A DNA stretch of 64,000 nt from an uncultured Methylomirabilota bacterium (GCA_963705305.1 OY970067.1:1376001-1440000); one strand, 5' to 3'; counted from the stretch's first letter, positions 42,372-52,626 are shown. A program made the numbers and translations. Notes: a model not told the origin generated them from the letters alone.

Positions 42372-42700
42372 GGTCCCTGGCCCCGGCCGCCTCCCTGGAC
42401 CTGCTTCCGCGGACTTGCCCGCGCCGCTGGCCCGGCAGGCCCTCCTGCGTTGTCTTCGCGCGCCCACACTGCCGGACAGCCCCCGGGTTGCCCGCGGCCC
42501 CGGCCGGCTCCCTGACGGTGGAGATCCCCCTTGACACGCGGAAGTCGGCGGGACCGCCATCGCCCTCGTTTCGCAAGATGCGGGCGGAGAGCCGGCCGCT
42601 CGGCGACGGGCGGCGGCGAACGAACGGGAGCCGCGCGGCATTTCGGAAGGCTTTGGAAGGTTGGGGCAGGCGCTGCCGGATCGCCGGCAGGGCCTCCCGG

Positions 42701-43198
42701 CTACACCTGGGCGAACTCGTCCCCCAGGGCGCCGCAGATCGGGCACTTGTCCGGGGGGCTGCCCAGCTCGATGTACCCGCACACCGGACACAGGTAGAAC
42801 TTGGTCTCGGCCAAGTCCTTACCTTGCTGTGCCGCCTCCAGCGCCTTCTGGTAGAGCTTGGCGTGGACCGCCTCCGCCTCTACCGCATAGCTGAACATCC
42901 GTCGCGCCTGATGCTTCTCCTCCGTGGCCGCCTTCAGCATCGGCGGATACATCCGGGTGTATTCGTACGTCTCTCCCCCGATGGCAGCCTTCAGATTGTC
43001 GGCGGTTGACCCCACGCCGCCCATGGCCTCCAGGTGCCCGTGGGCGTGGATGGTTTCCGCCTCGGCGGCGGTCCGGAACAGGCGGGCGATGTTGGGAAAG
43101 CCGTCCGCCTCCGCCTTCTTGGCGAACGCCAGATACTTCCGATTCGCCTGACTCTCTCCCGCAAAAGCCTCCTTCAGGTTCTCGTTCGTACTCGACAT
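42701..43198 (-). CDS. rbr: Rubrerythrin
   Basis: 'AFAGESQANRKY', 'EAETIHA', 'GETYEYTRMYP', 'CPVCG...CPICG'. Confidence 0.95.
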   Translation of the reverse strand: MSSTNENLKEAFAGESQANRKYLAFAKKAEADGFPNIARLFRTAAEAETIHAHGHLEAMGGVGSTADNLKAAIGGETYEYTRMYPPMLKAATEEKHQARRMFSYAVEAEAVHAKLYQKALEAAQQGKDLAETKFYLCPVCGYIELGSPPDKCPICGALGDEFAQV

Positions 43199-43309
43199 GG
43201 CCGATCTCCTAACGGAAGACAGGGTTGCATCCGGGGAGGATTCCTCAGGGGGGTCTGCCGGTTTGCGTGGCCTATCGCACGGGCCGGTCTCCCCCTTTGG
43301 CCTCCCTGA

Positions 43310-43424
43310 CGTGGGCGCGCACACGTATCGATATGTCGACAGCCTGCCGGCGTCAATCGCAGGCCGCCCCTCCGGTCTGGTTTGTCTCAAGAGACGAATC
43401 AATGATCCACAGGTCCTCTTTGAT
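43310..43424. repeat. 115-bp direct repeat, copy A
   Basis: Six mismatches to 45060-45174 by manual alignment. Confidence 0.92.
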
Positions 43425-43612
43425 ACAGGAGAACCGGGGCGCGGCCTCGATGGAGGGCCGCCGAGGGCCGGTTCGGCTGCCCAACGGACTCGCGCCGCCC
43501 AAGCCGGGGAGACGGCCTGCCTAGCCTGCCGCGACGACTGGAGTCTGGCCGGGTCTTCCGCGACCCGGCCAGCGCGGGCGGCATCGTGTCCAGAACGACC
43601 ACTTCCCTTTGG

Positions 43613-44806
43613 CTAGTTCAGACCGACCATCTTCACCAGGTGTGGCTTGCCGTCTTTGATGACGACCATCGGCCCCATGTGGAGGCCATCCCCTTCCGGC
43701 GTGAAGGCGTACGTCCCCAGGGCCCCCTCAAAGCCCTTGGTCGCCAGGACGGCTTCGCGGATCTTCGCTCGATCTTCCCCCACCTTCTTGATAACGTTTG
43801 CAAGGAGGTGCACGGAATCATAGCTCCAGGGCGCCTGGGGATCCGGCTCGGCGTTGTATTCCTTTTGGTACGCCTCGACGAACTTCCGGTTCGCCGCGTT
43901 CATCCCCGGCACGGAGTCCGCGAACCCGGTGATACCTTCTGCAGCCTCTCGCGCGAGATCCAGCATGGGTTTCTGGGCAATCGCAGGCGGCCCCACAAAC
44001 TTGTACGGAGCGCCGATTTGCCGATACTGGACAAGCATCCGGGCGAACTCTTCCATCCCTACGATGTAGGGGATCATGACCTCGGCGCCCGCCCGCTTGA
44101 TCGTCAGAAGCTGTGCGGTGAAGTCCCGGTCCCCGAGATTGAGCCGCTCCCGCGCGACCACTTTGAGTCCAAGCTGCTTCGCGTATTTCTCGATCGCGTC
44201 TGCCCCGCCCGCCCCGAACGCCTCGTTCGAGTGGAGGATGCCGATCTTCGTGAGCTTCAGTTCGTCCTTCACGTATTTCACTAGGATCGCGGCCACGATG
44301 TCGTCACTTACCCGCATGCGGAAAAGCCATGGGTTTCCCTGCTTCGTGATGCTGACGTTGGTGCCCCCCACGAAGGTGGGGACGCCGTAGGCCTTGATGG
44401 CGTCGGAGATGGCCAAAATCTGCGTGCTCTTATTCCCGCCGAGGTATGCCAGCACTTTTTCCTGTTCGACTGCCTTATTGAGCGCGTTAAGCGCGCCGGG
44501 GTTGCTCGACTGGTTGTCGAAAATGAGCACCTTGAGAGTCTTTCCATTGATGCCGCCAGCCTGGTTGATCTGCTTCTCGGCGAGGCGAACGTCGTTCACG
44601 TAGTGCGGAGCTTCCTGCGAGAAGGCGCCGGTTGTCGAGACACTCACCCCGATCCGGATTTCCCCGCTGGCGGCGGGGGAAGCGGGGGTCGCCGCCCCGG
44701 CCGGGTCTCCGCCCACAACCAATAGAACCAAAAGCCCAGCAACGAATCCGAAGAGAAAAGTCCGCCGTCCCATCCGGCCTATCTTCTGCCCTTTCGATTT
44801 CCTCAT
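43613..44806 (-). CDS. ABC transporter substrate-binding protein (branched-chain amino acid/LivJ type), orphan
   Basis: Signal peptide; 'INQAGGINGK', 'GNPWLFRM', 'DFTAQL', 'GFEGALGTYAF'; no permease or ATPase adjacent. Confidence 0.9.
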   Translation of the reverse strand: MRKSKGQKIGRMGRRTFLFGFVAGLLVLLVVGGDPAGAATPASPAASGEIRIGVSVSTTGAFSQEAPHYVNDVRLAEKQINQAGGINGKTLKVLIFDNQSSNPGALNALNKAVEQEKVLAYLGGNKSTQILAISDAIKAYGVPTFVGGTNVSITKQGNPWLFRMRVSDDIVAAILVKYVKDELKLTKIGILHSNEAFGAGGADAIEKYAKQLGLKVVARERLNLGDRDFTAQLLTIKRAGAEVMIPYIVGMEEFARMLVQYRQIGAPYKFVGPPAIAQKPMLDLAREAAEGITGFADSVPGMNAANRKFVEAYQKEYNAEPDPQAPWSYDSVHLLANVIKKVGEDRAKIREAVLATKGFEGALGTYAFTPEGDGLHMGPMVVIKDGKPHLVKMVGLN

Positions 44807-45059
44807 TCCGACTCTCCTTTGTGACAGGAAACTGCGATCCGGGTACCAAAGCGCGTCCCTGGGGTTCTGCGTCGTGGGTGAGCCCACCCCCTTTCCCGTT
44901 CCACCCGTAGGCGCCTCACGGGCCGGCAGAGTCCCGCGCCGCGGCCCCACAAAACACACGACAACCTGCTAGGGTGCGGAGGGGCATCCTGGCGGCGCTG
45001 GCGCGACCCTTGGGCAGGGGAGACAAGTTGCATAGTTTGCGAATGTCCCCTCTGACTGG

Positions 45060-45174
45060 CGTGGGTGCGCACCCGTATCGATATGTCGACAGCCTGCCGG
45101 CGTCAATCGCAGGCCACCGTTCCGGTCTGGTTTGTCTCAAGAGACGAATCAATGATCCGCAGGTCCTCTTTGAT
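45060..45174. repeat. 115-bp direct repeat, copy B
   Basis: Matches 43310-43424, offset 1750 bp. Confidence 0.92.
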
Positions 45175-45349
45175 GGGAGAGAGACGGGACACGGTCTCGG
45201 CGCAGGGATCCCTGGGGGTCGGATCGGCCAACGAAGGGTGGAGGGACGGATGACAGGGGAGGCTAAGGCGCGTATAATTCCCTCCGACTCAAGGGTCCGT
45301 TCGTCTCGCCGGAGAGGCCCACAGGACCGCCGCCCTTTTCCCGGGACCG

Positions 45350-46621
45350 ATGGATGGGGTGAAGAGCGCCATCTCTGCGAGGACCTCAACGGCCATGCCT
45401 ACCCCTGCCGGCTTTCGCGCCCTGCGCCACCGCGACTTCCGCCTGTTCTGGACGGGACAGCTCGTCTCCCTCATCGGCACCTGGATGCAGCGCGTGGGCG
45501 AGGCCTGGCTCGTCCTCGAGCTCACGAACTCGCCGTTCCTCCTGGGCCTCATCGGCGCCCTCCAGTTCGGTCCCATGCTGTGCTTCTCGTTCGTGGCCGG
45601 GGTCGCTGCCGACCGCCTGCCCAAGCGGAGGCTCATCCTGGGCACCCAGACCGCGCTCATGCTTCAGGCGTTCTGCCTGACGGTCCTGGTGTGGAGCGGA
45701 CATGTGCGCTACTGGCATGTGGCGGTGCTGGCCCTACTTTACGGGCTGGCCAATACGCTGGACATGCCCACCCGGCAAGCCTTCATCGTGGAAATGGTCG
45801 GGGAAACCGACCTGTTGAACGCCATCGCACTCAACTCGGCGGTGTTCAACGGAGCGCGGATCGTGGGCCCTGCCGTGGCCGGCCTCTTGGTGGCCCGCTA
45901 CGGAGAGGCCATCGCGTTCTTCCTGAACGGGCTGAGCTTCCTGGCCGTCATCCTGGCCCTCTTGGCGGTCAAGACCAGGGGACTCCCGCAGCCGCGGGAG
46001 GGAACGACCGTCATGCAGGAGATCAAGGCGGGAATCCGCTACGCAGCCGGCACGCCCCGCGTGGCGTTGATCCTGAGCTTGCTCCTGTTCGTGAGTCTGC
46101 TGGTGATCAACCACAATACCCTGGTCCCCCTCCTGGCACGGGATGTGCTCCACGCCGGGGCCCACGGCTTTGGTCTCTTGATGGCCGCTCTGGGCGGGGG
46201 CGCGGTCACCGGGGCCGTAGCGCTGGCCCTGTGGCCGAGAAAGCTCCCGTTCGGTGTGGCCGTTGCGGCGGCCCTCGTGCTGGCCGCCGCTATTTTGTCC
46301 TTGGCGGCCGTCCGCATGTTCTGGCCGGCCATGGTACTGCTGGGTGTGGCCGGCCTGGCGCAGATCGTCTTCACGACCAGCTGTAATACCACGCTCCAGC
46401 TCACGGTGCCCAACGCCATGCGCGGCCGCATGATGAGCCTGTATGCCTTTGTCTTCGTAGGCGTGACCCCCTTCGGCTCCCTGCTGGTGGGGACCATCGC
46501 CGAGTTCTGGGGTGTTCCGGCGGCCTTCGCCGTGGGGGGCGGCCTGGGACTGCTGACGGTCCTGGGCCTGGCGGTCCGGGCGAGGCGGAATGCAGGGGGG
46601 CGCACGGCAGGAGCGGTTTAG
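45350..46621 (+). CDS. MFS transporter (MFS_3/DUF894 type)
   Basis: 'FRALRHRDFRLFWTGQLVSLIGTWMQ', 'ADRLPKRR', 'NAIALNS', 'MRGRMMS'; start may be 45395. Confidence 0.92.
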   Translation: MDGVKSAISARTSTAMPTPAGFRALRHRDFRLFWTGQLVSLIGTWMQRVGEAWLVLELTNSPFLLGLIGALQFGPMLCFSFVAGVAADRLPKRRLILGTQTALMLQAFCLTVLVWSGHVRYWHVAVLALLYGLANTLDMPTRQAFIVEMVGETDLLNAIALNSAVFNGARIVGPAVAGLLVARYGEAIAFFLNGLSFLAVILALLAVKTRGLPQPREGTTVMQEIKAGIRYAAGTPRVALILSLLLFVSLLVINHNTLVPLLARDVLHAGAHGFGLLMAALGGGAVTGAVALALWPRKLPFGVAVAAALVLAAAILSLAAVRMFWPAMVLLGVAGLAQIVFTTSCNTTLQLTVPNAMRGRMMSLYAFVFVGVTPFGSLLVGTIAEFWGVPAAFAVGGGLGLLTVLGLAVRARRNAGGRTAGAV

Positions 46622-46799
46622 GAGGATGCCGAGAAACTCGCTTTCACTGAGGCTGCTCAAAAAGGCCCAGGTGCAAGGCGCCGCGCGATCCGAGGCGCGA
46701 GGCGTACTTAGCCCGTACGTCGCAGCGTCGCGGGAGCGCGGGGGGTACCCGCCCAAAGGGCGGGTCTCCGCAGATGGGACTGTTTCAGCAGCCTGCTAG
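46619..46799. repeat. MITE-like structured repeat, copy 2
   Basis: AGGCTGCTCAAAAAGG...TTTCAGCAGCCTG; same core as copy 1. Confidence 0.85.
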
Positions 46800-47112
46800 T
46801 CCCGATTCGCATTGTGCGCTCACGCCGCATCCAATCTTCCTCAATTTCGAAAATTCGAACGCGTCCCCCCCTGGGGGTTTGCGCAAGCCGCCCTTCTTCG
46901 GATTGGGCCTCGCGCCATACGCCCAATGCGCCGGTGCCCATCAGGGGCCGCCATGCCGGCTGCGGCCGCGAAGAAGCGGCGACCATCGCGCGGCCGAGAT
47001 TGATATGTTACGCTCTTGAGACGTGAAAGATGCTCCGGCCGGCCACGCGATCGGGGAGGCACGGTCGCCGACGACCCCAGGCAGAACGTGAGGGGGAGAG
47101 GAGGAGCGGCGC

Positions 47113-48534
47113 ATGATCACCGCCAAATCCGCGCTGAGTTTCTTCGAGACCGTGAACGTCCACTTCGACCGCGCCGCAGCTCTGACCGACTATCCTCCGG
47201 GCCTGCTGGAGCAGATCAAGGTCTGCAACAGCGTCTACGCCTTCCGGTTCCCCCTGCGTAGTCGTCACGGCTACGAGGTTCTCTCGGGATGGCGAGTGCA
47301 GCACAGCCACCACCGGCTGCCGGTGAAGGGCGGCATCCGATACGCGCCCGAGGTCAACGAAGACGAGGTCAAGGCCCTGGCGGCCCTGATGACCTACAAG
47401 TGCGCCACGGTGAACGTGCCCTTCGGCGGGGCCAAGGGCGGGGTCAGGGTTGACACCAAGAAATACTCGGCGGAAGAGATGGAGCAGATCACCCGCCGCT
47501 ACACGGCGGAGCTGATCAAGAAGAACTTCATCGGCCCCGGCCTGGACGTGCCGGCGCCGGACTACGGCACCGGCCCCCGGGAAATGGCCTGGATCGCCGA
47601 CACCTACGCGGCCTTCAACCCCGGCCAGATCGACTCGCTGGCCTGCGTCACCGGAAAGCCGGTGTCGCAGGGGGGCGTGAATGGCCGCGTGGAGGCGACC
47701 GGTCGGGGGGTTTTCTTCGGCCTCCGCGAGGCCTGCGACCAGGCGGAAGACATGAAAATGCTGGGGCTCTCGCGCGGCCTGGATGGAAAGCGGGTGATCG
47801 TCCAGGGACTGGGAAACGTCGGATACTATACGGCCAAGTTCTGTCAGGAGGGGGGCTGCGTGATCGTAGCCATCATCGAGCGCGACGGGGCGATCGTCAA
47901 CCCTCAGGGGCTGGACGTGGAGGCCGTGGGGGCGCACATGAAGGCCTCGGGGTCCCTCCTGAATTTTCCGGGAGCCAAGAACCTCCAGCCCGGCCAGGCC
48001 GCCATGGAGTTGCCCGCGGACATCCTGATCCCCGCCGCCCTGGAGAACCAGATCACCGCCGAGAACGCCCCGCGCGTGCAGGCGAAGATCCTGGCGGAGG
48101 CCGCCAACGGCCCCACCACCACCGAGGCGGAGAAGATCCTGCTGGAGAAAGGGGTCCTGATCATTCCGGATGTCTACCTCAATGCCGGGGGGGTCACCGT
48201 CTCGTACTTCGAGTGGGTGAAGAACCTGTCCCACGTGCGGTTCGGGCGGGTGGGCAAGCGGTTCGAGGAGTCGGCCTTCCACCGGATGCTGGATGCCATC
48301 GAGAAGGCGACCGGCCGCATCTTCACCGAAGAAGAGCACCGCCGGATCGCCCACGGGGCGGACGAAATCGACCTGGTGAATTCCGGGCTGGAGGAGACGA
48401 TGATCGGCGCCCATCGCCAGATTAGGGAGCTCTGGAAGAGTGATCGCCGGACGCGGGACCTGCGGACGGCCGCGTTCCTGAATGCCATTTACAAGATTGC
48501 GCGGAGCTACCTCGAGCTGGGCGTCTTCCCGTGA
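47113..48534 (+). CDS. gdhA: Glu/Leu/Phe/Val dehydrogenase (glutamate dehydrogenase)
   Basis: 'KGGIRY', 'PFGGAKGG', 'DVPAPD', 'VTGKP', 'QGLGNVG', 'EAANGPTT', 'VSYFEW'. Confidence 0.96.
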   Translation: MITAKSALSFFETVNVHFDRAAALTDYPPGLLEQIKVCNSVYAFRFPLRSRHGYEVLSGWRVQHSHHRLPVKGGIRYAPEVNEDEVKALAALMTYKCATVNVPFGGAKGGVRVDTKKYSAEEMEQITRRYTAELIKKNFIGPGLDVPAPDYGTGPREMAWIADTYAAFNPGQIDSLACVTGKPVSQGGVNGRVEATGRGVFFGLREACDQAEDMKMLGLSRGLDGKRVIVQGLGNVGYYTAKFCQEGGCVIVAIIERDGAIVNPQGLDVEAVGAHMKASGSLLNFPGAKNLQPGQAAMELPADILIPAALENQITAENAPRVQAKILAEAANGPTTTEAEKILLEKGVLIIPDVYLNAGGVTVSYFEWVKNLSHVRFGRVGKRFEESAFHRMLDAIEKATGRIFTEEEHRRIAHGADEIDLVNSGLEETMIGAHRQIRELWKSDRRTRDLRTAAFLNAIYKIARSYLELGVFP

Positions 48535-48614
48535 TCCGCGCCGTCGGGAAGGTGCGCGCGACAACCGGATGCACACACTTACGCAAACAGAACGGTGAAA
48601 TGCTCGTTATCGCA

Positions 48615-48740
48615 CAGGCTGCTCAAAAAGGTCCAGATGCAAGGCGCCGCGCGATCCGAGGCGCGAGGCGTACTTAGATCGTACGCCACAGCGTCGCGGG
48701 AGCGCGGCAACGCCGCAGATGGGCCTTTTTGAGCAGCCTG
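48615..48740. repeat. MITE-like structured repeat, copy 3
   Basis: Perfect TIR CAGGCTGCTCAAAAAGG / CCTTTTTGAGCAGCCTG; internal hairpin shortened. Confidence 0.85.
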
Positions 48741-48757
48741 AAAGGGGAGGAGAATCC

Positions 48758-49432
48758 ATGCCGACTTCGACGACCGCGACATTCTCGTCCGAGGCGGGAC
48801 AGGCCAGCGGGTATCTGGCCCGGCCCGGCGCGGGCAAGCCGGGGATCATTGTGTTGCAGGAATGGTGGGGACTGGTCCCCCATATCAAGGATGTGGCCGG
48901 GCGGTTCGCGGCTCAGGGATACCTGGCGATGGCGCCCGACCTCTACCACGGCAAGAACACGCTGGAGGCCGCGGAGGCCGAGCACCTGATGAGGGGGCTG
49001 GACTGGGGCCGGGCCGCCAAGGAGATCGCCGGGGCGGTCAAGCACCTGCGGGAGGCCGAGGGCGCAACCCGCGTGGGGGTCGTGGGATTCTGCATGGGGG
49101 GCGCCCTGACCATCATCGCGGCGGCCGTAGCCGGCGTGGACGCCTATGCGGCGTTTTATGGCTTCCCGCCGGCCGGAGCGGTGGACCTCGACAAGATCGC
49201 CGCACCCGGCCTGATCTTCTTCGGCGAGAAGGAGGAGTATTTCTCGGTGCCCGAGTCTCAGGCCTTCGCCGAGCGGCAGCGGAAGCGCGGGCGGGAGGCC
49301 GAGGTGGTGGTGTATCCGGCAGCCGGCCACGCCTTCTTCAACAACGAGCGGCGGGAAGCCTACCGGCGCGAGGCCGCCAACGACGCCTGGCGGCGGACAC
49401 TGGATCTCTTCGGCAGCCATCTGCGCGGCTAA
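48758..49432 (+). CDS. Dienelactone hydrolase family protein
   Basis: 'LQEWWGL', 'APDLY', 'GFCMGG', 'AGHAFFN'. Confidence 0.94.
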   Translation: MPTSTTATFSSEAGQASGYLARPGAGKPGIIVLQEWWGLVPHIKDVAGRFAAQGYLAMAPDLYHGKNTLEAAEAEHLMRGLDWGRAAKEIAGAVKHLREAEGATRVGVVGFCMGGALTIIAAAVAGVDAYAAFYGFPPAGAVDLDKIAAPGLIFFGEKEEYFSVPESQAFAERQRKRGREAEVVVYPAAGHAFFNNERREAYRREAANDAWRRTLDLFGSHLRG

Positions 49433-49613
49433 GTTCGTCGTCCCCATCTCGAGCTGGAGAGCGCGACACCGCCCGGCCATCCGGGCTTGCGCCGGAGACC
49501 GCCCTGCAGGTATTCTGTGCCCGGATGCAGATGCGGGGGTGCCGCCGCGCTCCCAGTCTTGCGCTGGGTATCCGGCGGGGTGCGGGGTTTTACCCACGAG
49601 AGGGACGCCGGCC

Positions 49614-50366
49614 ATGGGAGAGAGCAAGGTCATTCTGGTGACGGGGGCGTCGCGCGGCATCGGGGCGACGCTGGCGACGGGTTTCGTCAAAGAAGGGCAC
49701 CGGGTTGTCGTCAACTACGCGCACTCGGAGGGCGAGGCGGCCGCCCTGTGCGAATCCCTGGCCAGGGAGGGGGGCGGGGAGCGGGTGCTGCTGATGCGGG
49801 CCGATGTGGCCAAACGGGACGAGGTCCGCGCCATGTTCGACCGGGTCGTCGAACGGTTCGCCCGGGTGGACGTCCTGGTGAACAATGCCGGGCTCAATCT
49901 GGACGGCCCGTTTCTCCAGATGACGGACCAGCAGTGGGACCGGGTCATCGCGACCAGCCTCACGGGGACGTTCATCTGTGCGCAGGAGTTCGCCCTGCGT
50001 TTCAGGGGAGAGACGGGCCACATCGTGAACCTGGGCGCCTCCACGGGAATTCACGGCCGGACCAACGGAGCCAATTATTGCAGCGCCAAGGCGGGGGTGA
50101 TCACGCTGACGAAGTGCCTGGCGCTGGAGCTGGCGCCGAAGATCCGGGTGAACTGCGTGATTCCCGGCTGGATGGAGACTGAGGAAGTCATGACCCGCTA
50201 CAACCTGCACGACCCGGCGAGCTACCAGGAGACGGTCGGCCGCATTCCCCTGAAGCGCCTGGGCACCACGGAGGATGTCTTTCGGGTCATACGGTTCATC
50301 GTCCAGGACTCCGAGTACATCACCGGGCAGAACTTTTTCGTGAACGGGGGAAACTTCATGATGTGA
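49614..50366 (+). CDS. Short-chain dehydrogenase/reductase (FabG-like)
   Basis: 'TGASRGIG', 'NNAG', 'YCSAK'. Confidence 0.93.
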   Translation: MGESKVILVTGASRGIGATLATGFVKEGHRVVVNYAHSEGEAAALCESLAREGGGERVLLMRADVAKRDEVRAMFDRVVERFARVDVLVNNAGLNLDGPFLQMTDQQWDRVIATSLTGTFICAQEFALRFRGETGHIVNLGASTGIHGRTNGANYCSAKAGVITLTKCLALELAPKIRVNCVIPGWMETEEVMTRYNLHDPASYQETVGRIPLKRLGTTEDVFRVIRFIVQDSEYITGQNFFVNGGNFMM

Positions 50367-50439
50367 TCGCGCCGCTGTCGCGACGGAGGACCAGGCGGGC
50401 GGACGGCGCGGCCGCGACGGCACAGGAGGGGGACATCAG

Positions 50440-50622
50440 ATGCTACCCTACCCGGAAGACATGCTCGAGGCCCTTCTGAAGAAAGCGGAGGCACGGGAGC
50501 TGCCCGAGAAGACGGCGGATGTGATTCGCTTCATCAAGAAGCGCCAGATCGCGGGGAAGCCCGTCTCGGAGATCCAAGCCCAGATGATGGAGGATCTGGG
50601 GAGAGAGATGGGGATGTGGTAA
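50440..50622 (+). CDS. Small hypothetical protein (60 aa)
   Basis: AGGAGGGGG RBS; charged helical sequence. Confidence 0.6.
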   Translation: MLPYPEDMLEALLKKAEARELPEKTADVIRFIKKRQIAGKPVSEIQAQMMEDLGREMGMW

Positions 50623-50650
50623 ACCCCGTGCGCCGTGGCAGACCGCCGGT

Positions 50651-51589
50651 TCAGGCAGGGAGAAGCCTGTGCCGGGCCAGGATGGCCCGGATGGCCTGGC
50701 GCTGGGCCTCGGTGGCCGGGGTCAGCGGGGGGGAGGGGAGGCCGTTCCCCAGCCCGCAGAGGGCGCAGGCAGCCTTGAGGGCGGGCAGCCAGTGCCCCTG
50801 CTCGTGGAGAACCCAGAGGTCCGCGACCTGGGCTTGAAGGTGGCTGCAGTTGGCGGCATCGCCTCGCGCGGCGGCCCGGCGCAAGGCCACGAACAGCGCC
50901 GGGGCGAAATTGGCCATCCCCGGCACTAGCCCGTCAGCCCCCTGGAGCAGACTGGCCGTCGCCAGGGCCTCGTTCCCCTGCAGCACGCGGAAATCGGGGC
51001 GCGTCCGCTTCACCGCCAGAAACCGGAAGAAGGCCTCGAAATCGGCCGCCGAATCCTTGATGCCCAGGACGCGCGCCTCCCGGGCCAGCGCGGCCACGGC
51101 CGCAAAGGCGAGCGGCTGGTGGGTGGCCTGGGGGATATTGTAAATAAGGACCGGCAGCGGCACGGCCCCAAGGACGGCCTCTGCATGGCGCTGCTGGGCG
51201 CCGGCATCCACGCCGTAGTAGTAGGGCGAGCCGACGACCACCGCATCGGCCCCGGCATCGGCCGCGCGCCGCGCCGCCTCGGCCGCCGGGCCCGCTCCCG
51301 GCAGCATGACGCCCACCAGGACGGGGACGCGCCCGGCGGCGGCCCGGACCGCGTGACGGAGAACGGCGCTCCGCTGGTCGGCGGTCAGCCAGGCCCCCTC
51401 TCCGCAGCCCCCCAGGATGAACAGCCCCGTGCAGCCTCCGGTCACGATGTGCTCGACCAGCAGGGCGATGGCGTCGCCGTCCGGCTCGCCGGAAGCTGTC
51501 AGGGGCGAGATCATGGGCGGGATCACGCCGGAAAGGGCCGTGTCCCACGACCAGGCTGCCGGGGCCGGGCTGCCGCTCTTGGATGTCAC
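50651..51589 (-). CDS. Dihydrodipicolinate synthase/aldolase family protein (probably not DapA)
   Basis: 'GVIPPMISP', 'LGGCGEG', 'YNIPQ', 'GIKDS'. Confidence 0.88.
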   Translation of the reverse strand: MTSKSGSPAPAAWSWDTALSGVIPPMISPLTASGEPDGDAIALLVEHIVTGGCTGLFILGGCGEGAWLTADQRSAVLRHAVRAAAGRVPVLVGVMLPGAGPAAEAARRAADAGADAVVVGSPYYYGVDAGAQQRHAEAVLGAVPLPVLIYNIPQATHQPLAFAAVAALAREARVLGIKDSAADFEAFFRFLAVKRTRPDFRVLQGNEALATASLLQGADGLVPGMANFAPALFVALRRAAARGDAANCSHLQAQVADLWVLHEQGHWLPALKAACALCGLGNGLPSPPLTPATEAQRQAIRAILARHRLLPA

Positions 51590-51686
51590 GTGGTACTCCT
51601 CTCATTGGGGGGTTGAGCAGAGCGCTCCCGAGGGCTACGGCCTGCCGGGGAGCCTCTCTGCTCGCCAAGAATACGACCTACAGCGG

Positions 51687-52061
51687 TCAGCCTCCCGCCA
51701 GCTTGACGCGGTGACCCCGGACCCGCAAGTATTCGGCGACCCGCTCGCGATGGTCGCCCTGGATTTCCAGGGAGCCGCCCTTCACCGTCCCGCCGGCGCC
51801 GCACAAGCGCTTCAGCTCTGCCGCCAGGGTGACCTGGGCGGCGGCAGTCCCAGGCAATCCCCGGATGACGGTCACCACCTTGCCGCCGCGGCCGCCGCGT
51901 TCGCGGAAGATGCGAACGACGCCGTCGTCGGGGACCTCCGGTCCTGCCTTGGCCGGGCGCGGGCGCCGGCCCGGTTCCTCCGTACTCCGGACCCGCCCCG
52001 CCTCCGCGGAATAGACCAGGCGGCTCCTTGCGGCTTCCGCGTCCTTCCGATCCGCGCTCAT
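51687..52061 (-). CDS. yciH: Translation initiation factor SUI1/YciH
   Basis: 'RLVYS', 'RGGRGGKVVTVIRGL', 'ELKRLCGAGGTVK', 'IQGDHR', 'KLAGG'. Confidence 0.93.
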   Translation of the reverse strand: MSADRKDAEAARSRLVYSAEAGRVRSTEEPGRRPRPAKAGPEVPDDGVVRIFRERGGRGGKVVTVIRGLPGTAAAQVTLAAELKRLCGAGGTVKGGSLEIQGDHRERVAEYLRVRGHRVKLAGG

Positions 52062-52102
52062 GAATACGACCTCGTGAACACGACCTCGTGAACACGACCT
52101 CG
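52061..52102 (-). repeat. 3 x 14-bp tandem repeat covering the SUI1 ribosome-binding site
   Basis: Minus strand (CGAGGTCGTGTTCA)x2 + CGAGGTCGTATTCA, whose last A is the A of ATG. Confidence 0.85.
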
Positions 52103-52326
52103 CGGGCTGGGGGTGCCGCCACGAGCCCGCAGGCCCTCTGGCCGTCCGAGAGGCGGCAGATTATAGCGCAATGCGACGCTCTCGGGATACCCCTCAATCG
52201 GCGATCCGCGGGTCGCAGCCCCTCGACCTTGACCCTGTCGAAGCGCGAGCGTAGATTGAGACGTTGACTGCGGCATGCAGTCCGATTCGGACCACGCCTG
52301 TACCGTCCCAGAAGAAGGAGTGAGCC

Positions 52327-52626
52327 GTGGCCAAGAAGCTGCTGGACCCGATTCCACCGGGCGAGATCCTGCTCGAGGAATTCATGAAGCCCCTGCGCAT
52401 CAGCACCAACAGGCTGGCCTGGGATGTCGACGTTCCGCCGAACCGGATCAGCGAGATCGTCGGCGGCAAGCGGGCGATCACGGCGGACACCGCCCTCCGG
52501 CTTGGCAAGTACTTCGGCGTGTCGCCCGAGGTGTGGCTCGACTTGCAGTCGGATTACGACCTCCGCGTGACCCAGCGCACCACCTGGCCCAAGATCGAGC
52601 CGCGGATCCGCGTCCGCGCTGCCTAA
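52327..52626 (+). CDS. higA: HigA-family antitoxin, orphan
   Basis: 'PIPPGEILLEEFMKPL...NRISEIVGGKRAITADTALRLGKYFG..PEVWLDLQSDYDL'. Confidence 0.92.
   Translation: MAKKLLDPIPPGEILLEEFMKPLRISTNRLAWDVDVPPNRISEIVGGKRAITADTALRLGKYFGVSPEVWLDLQSDYDLRVTQRTTWPKIEPRIRVRAA

Noticed and set aside
43310..43424. SAM-I riboswitch (minus strand begins ATCAAAGAG)
   Set aside because: Lacks the kink-turn, GCAACC and GTGC core elements and the closing P1 strand
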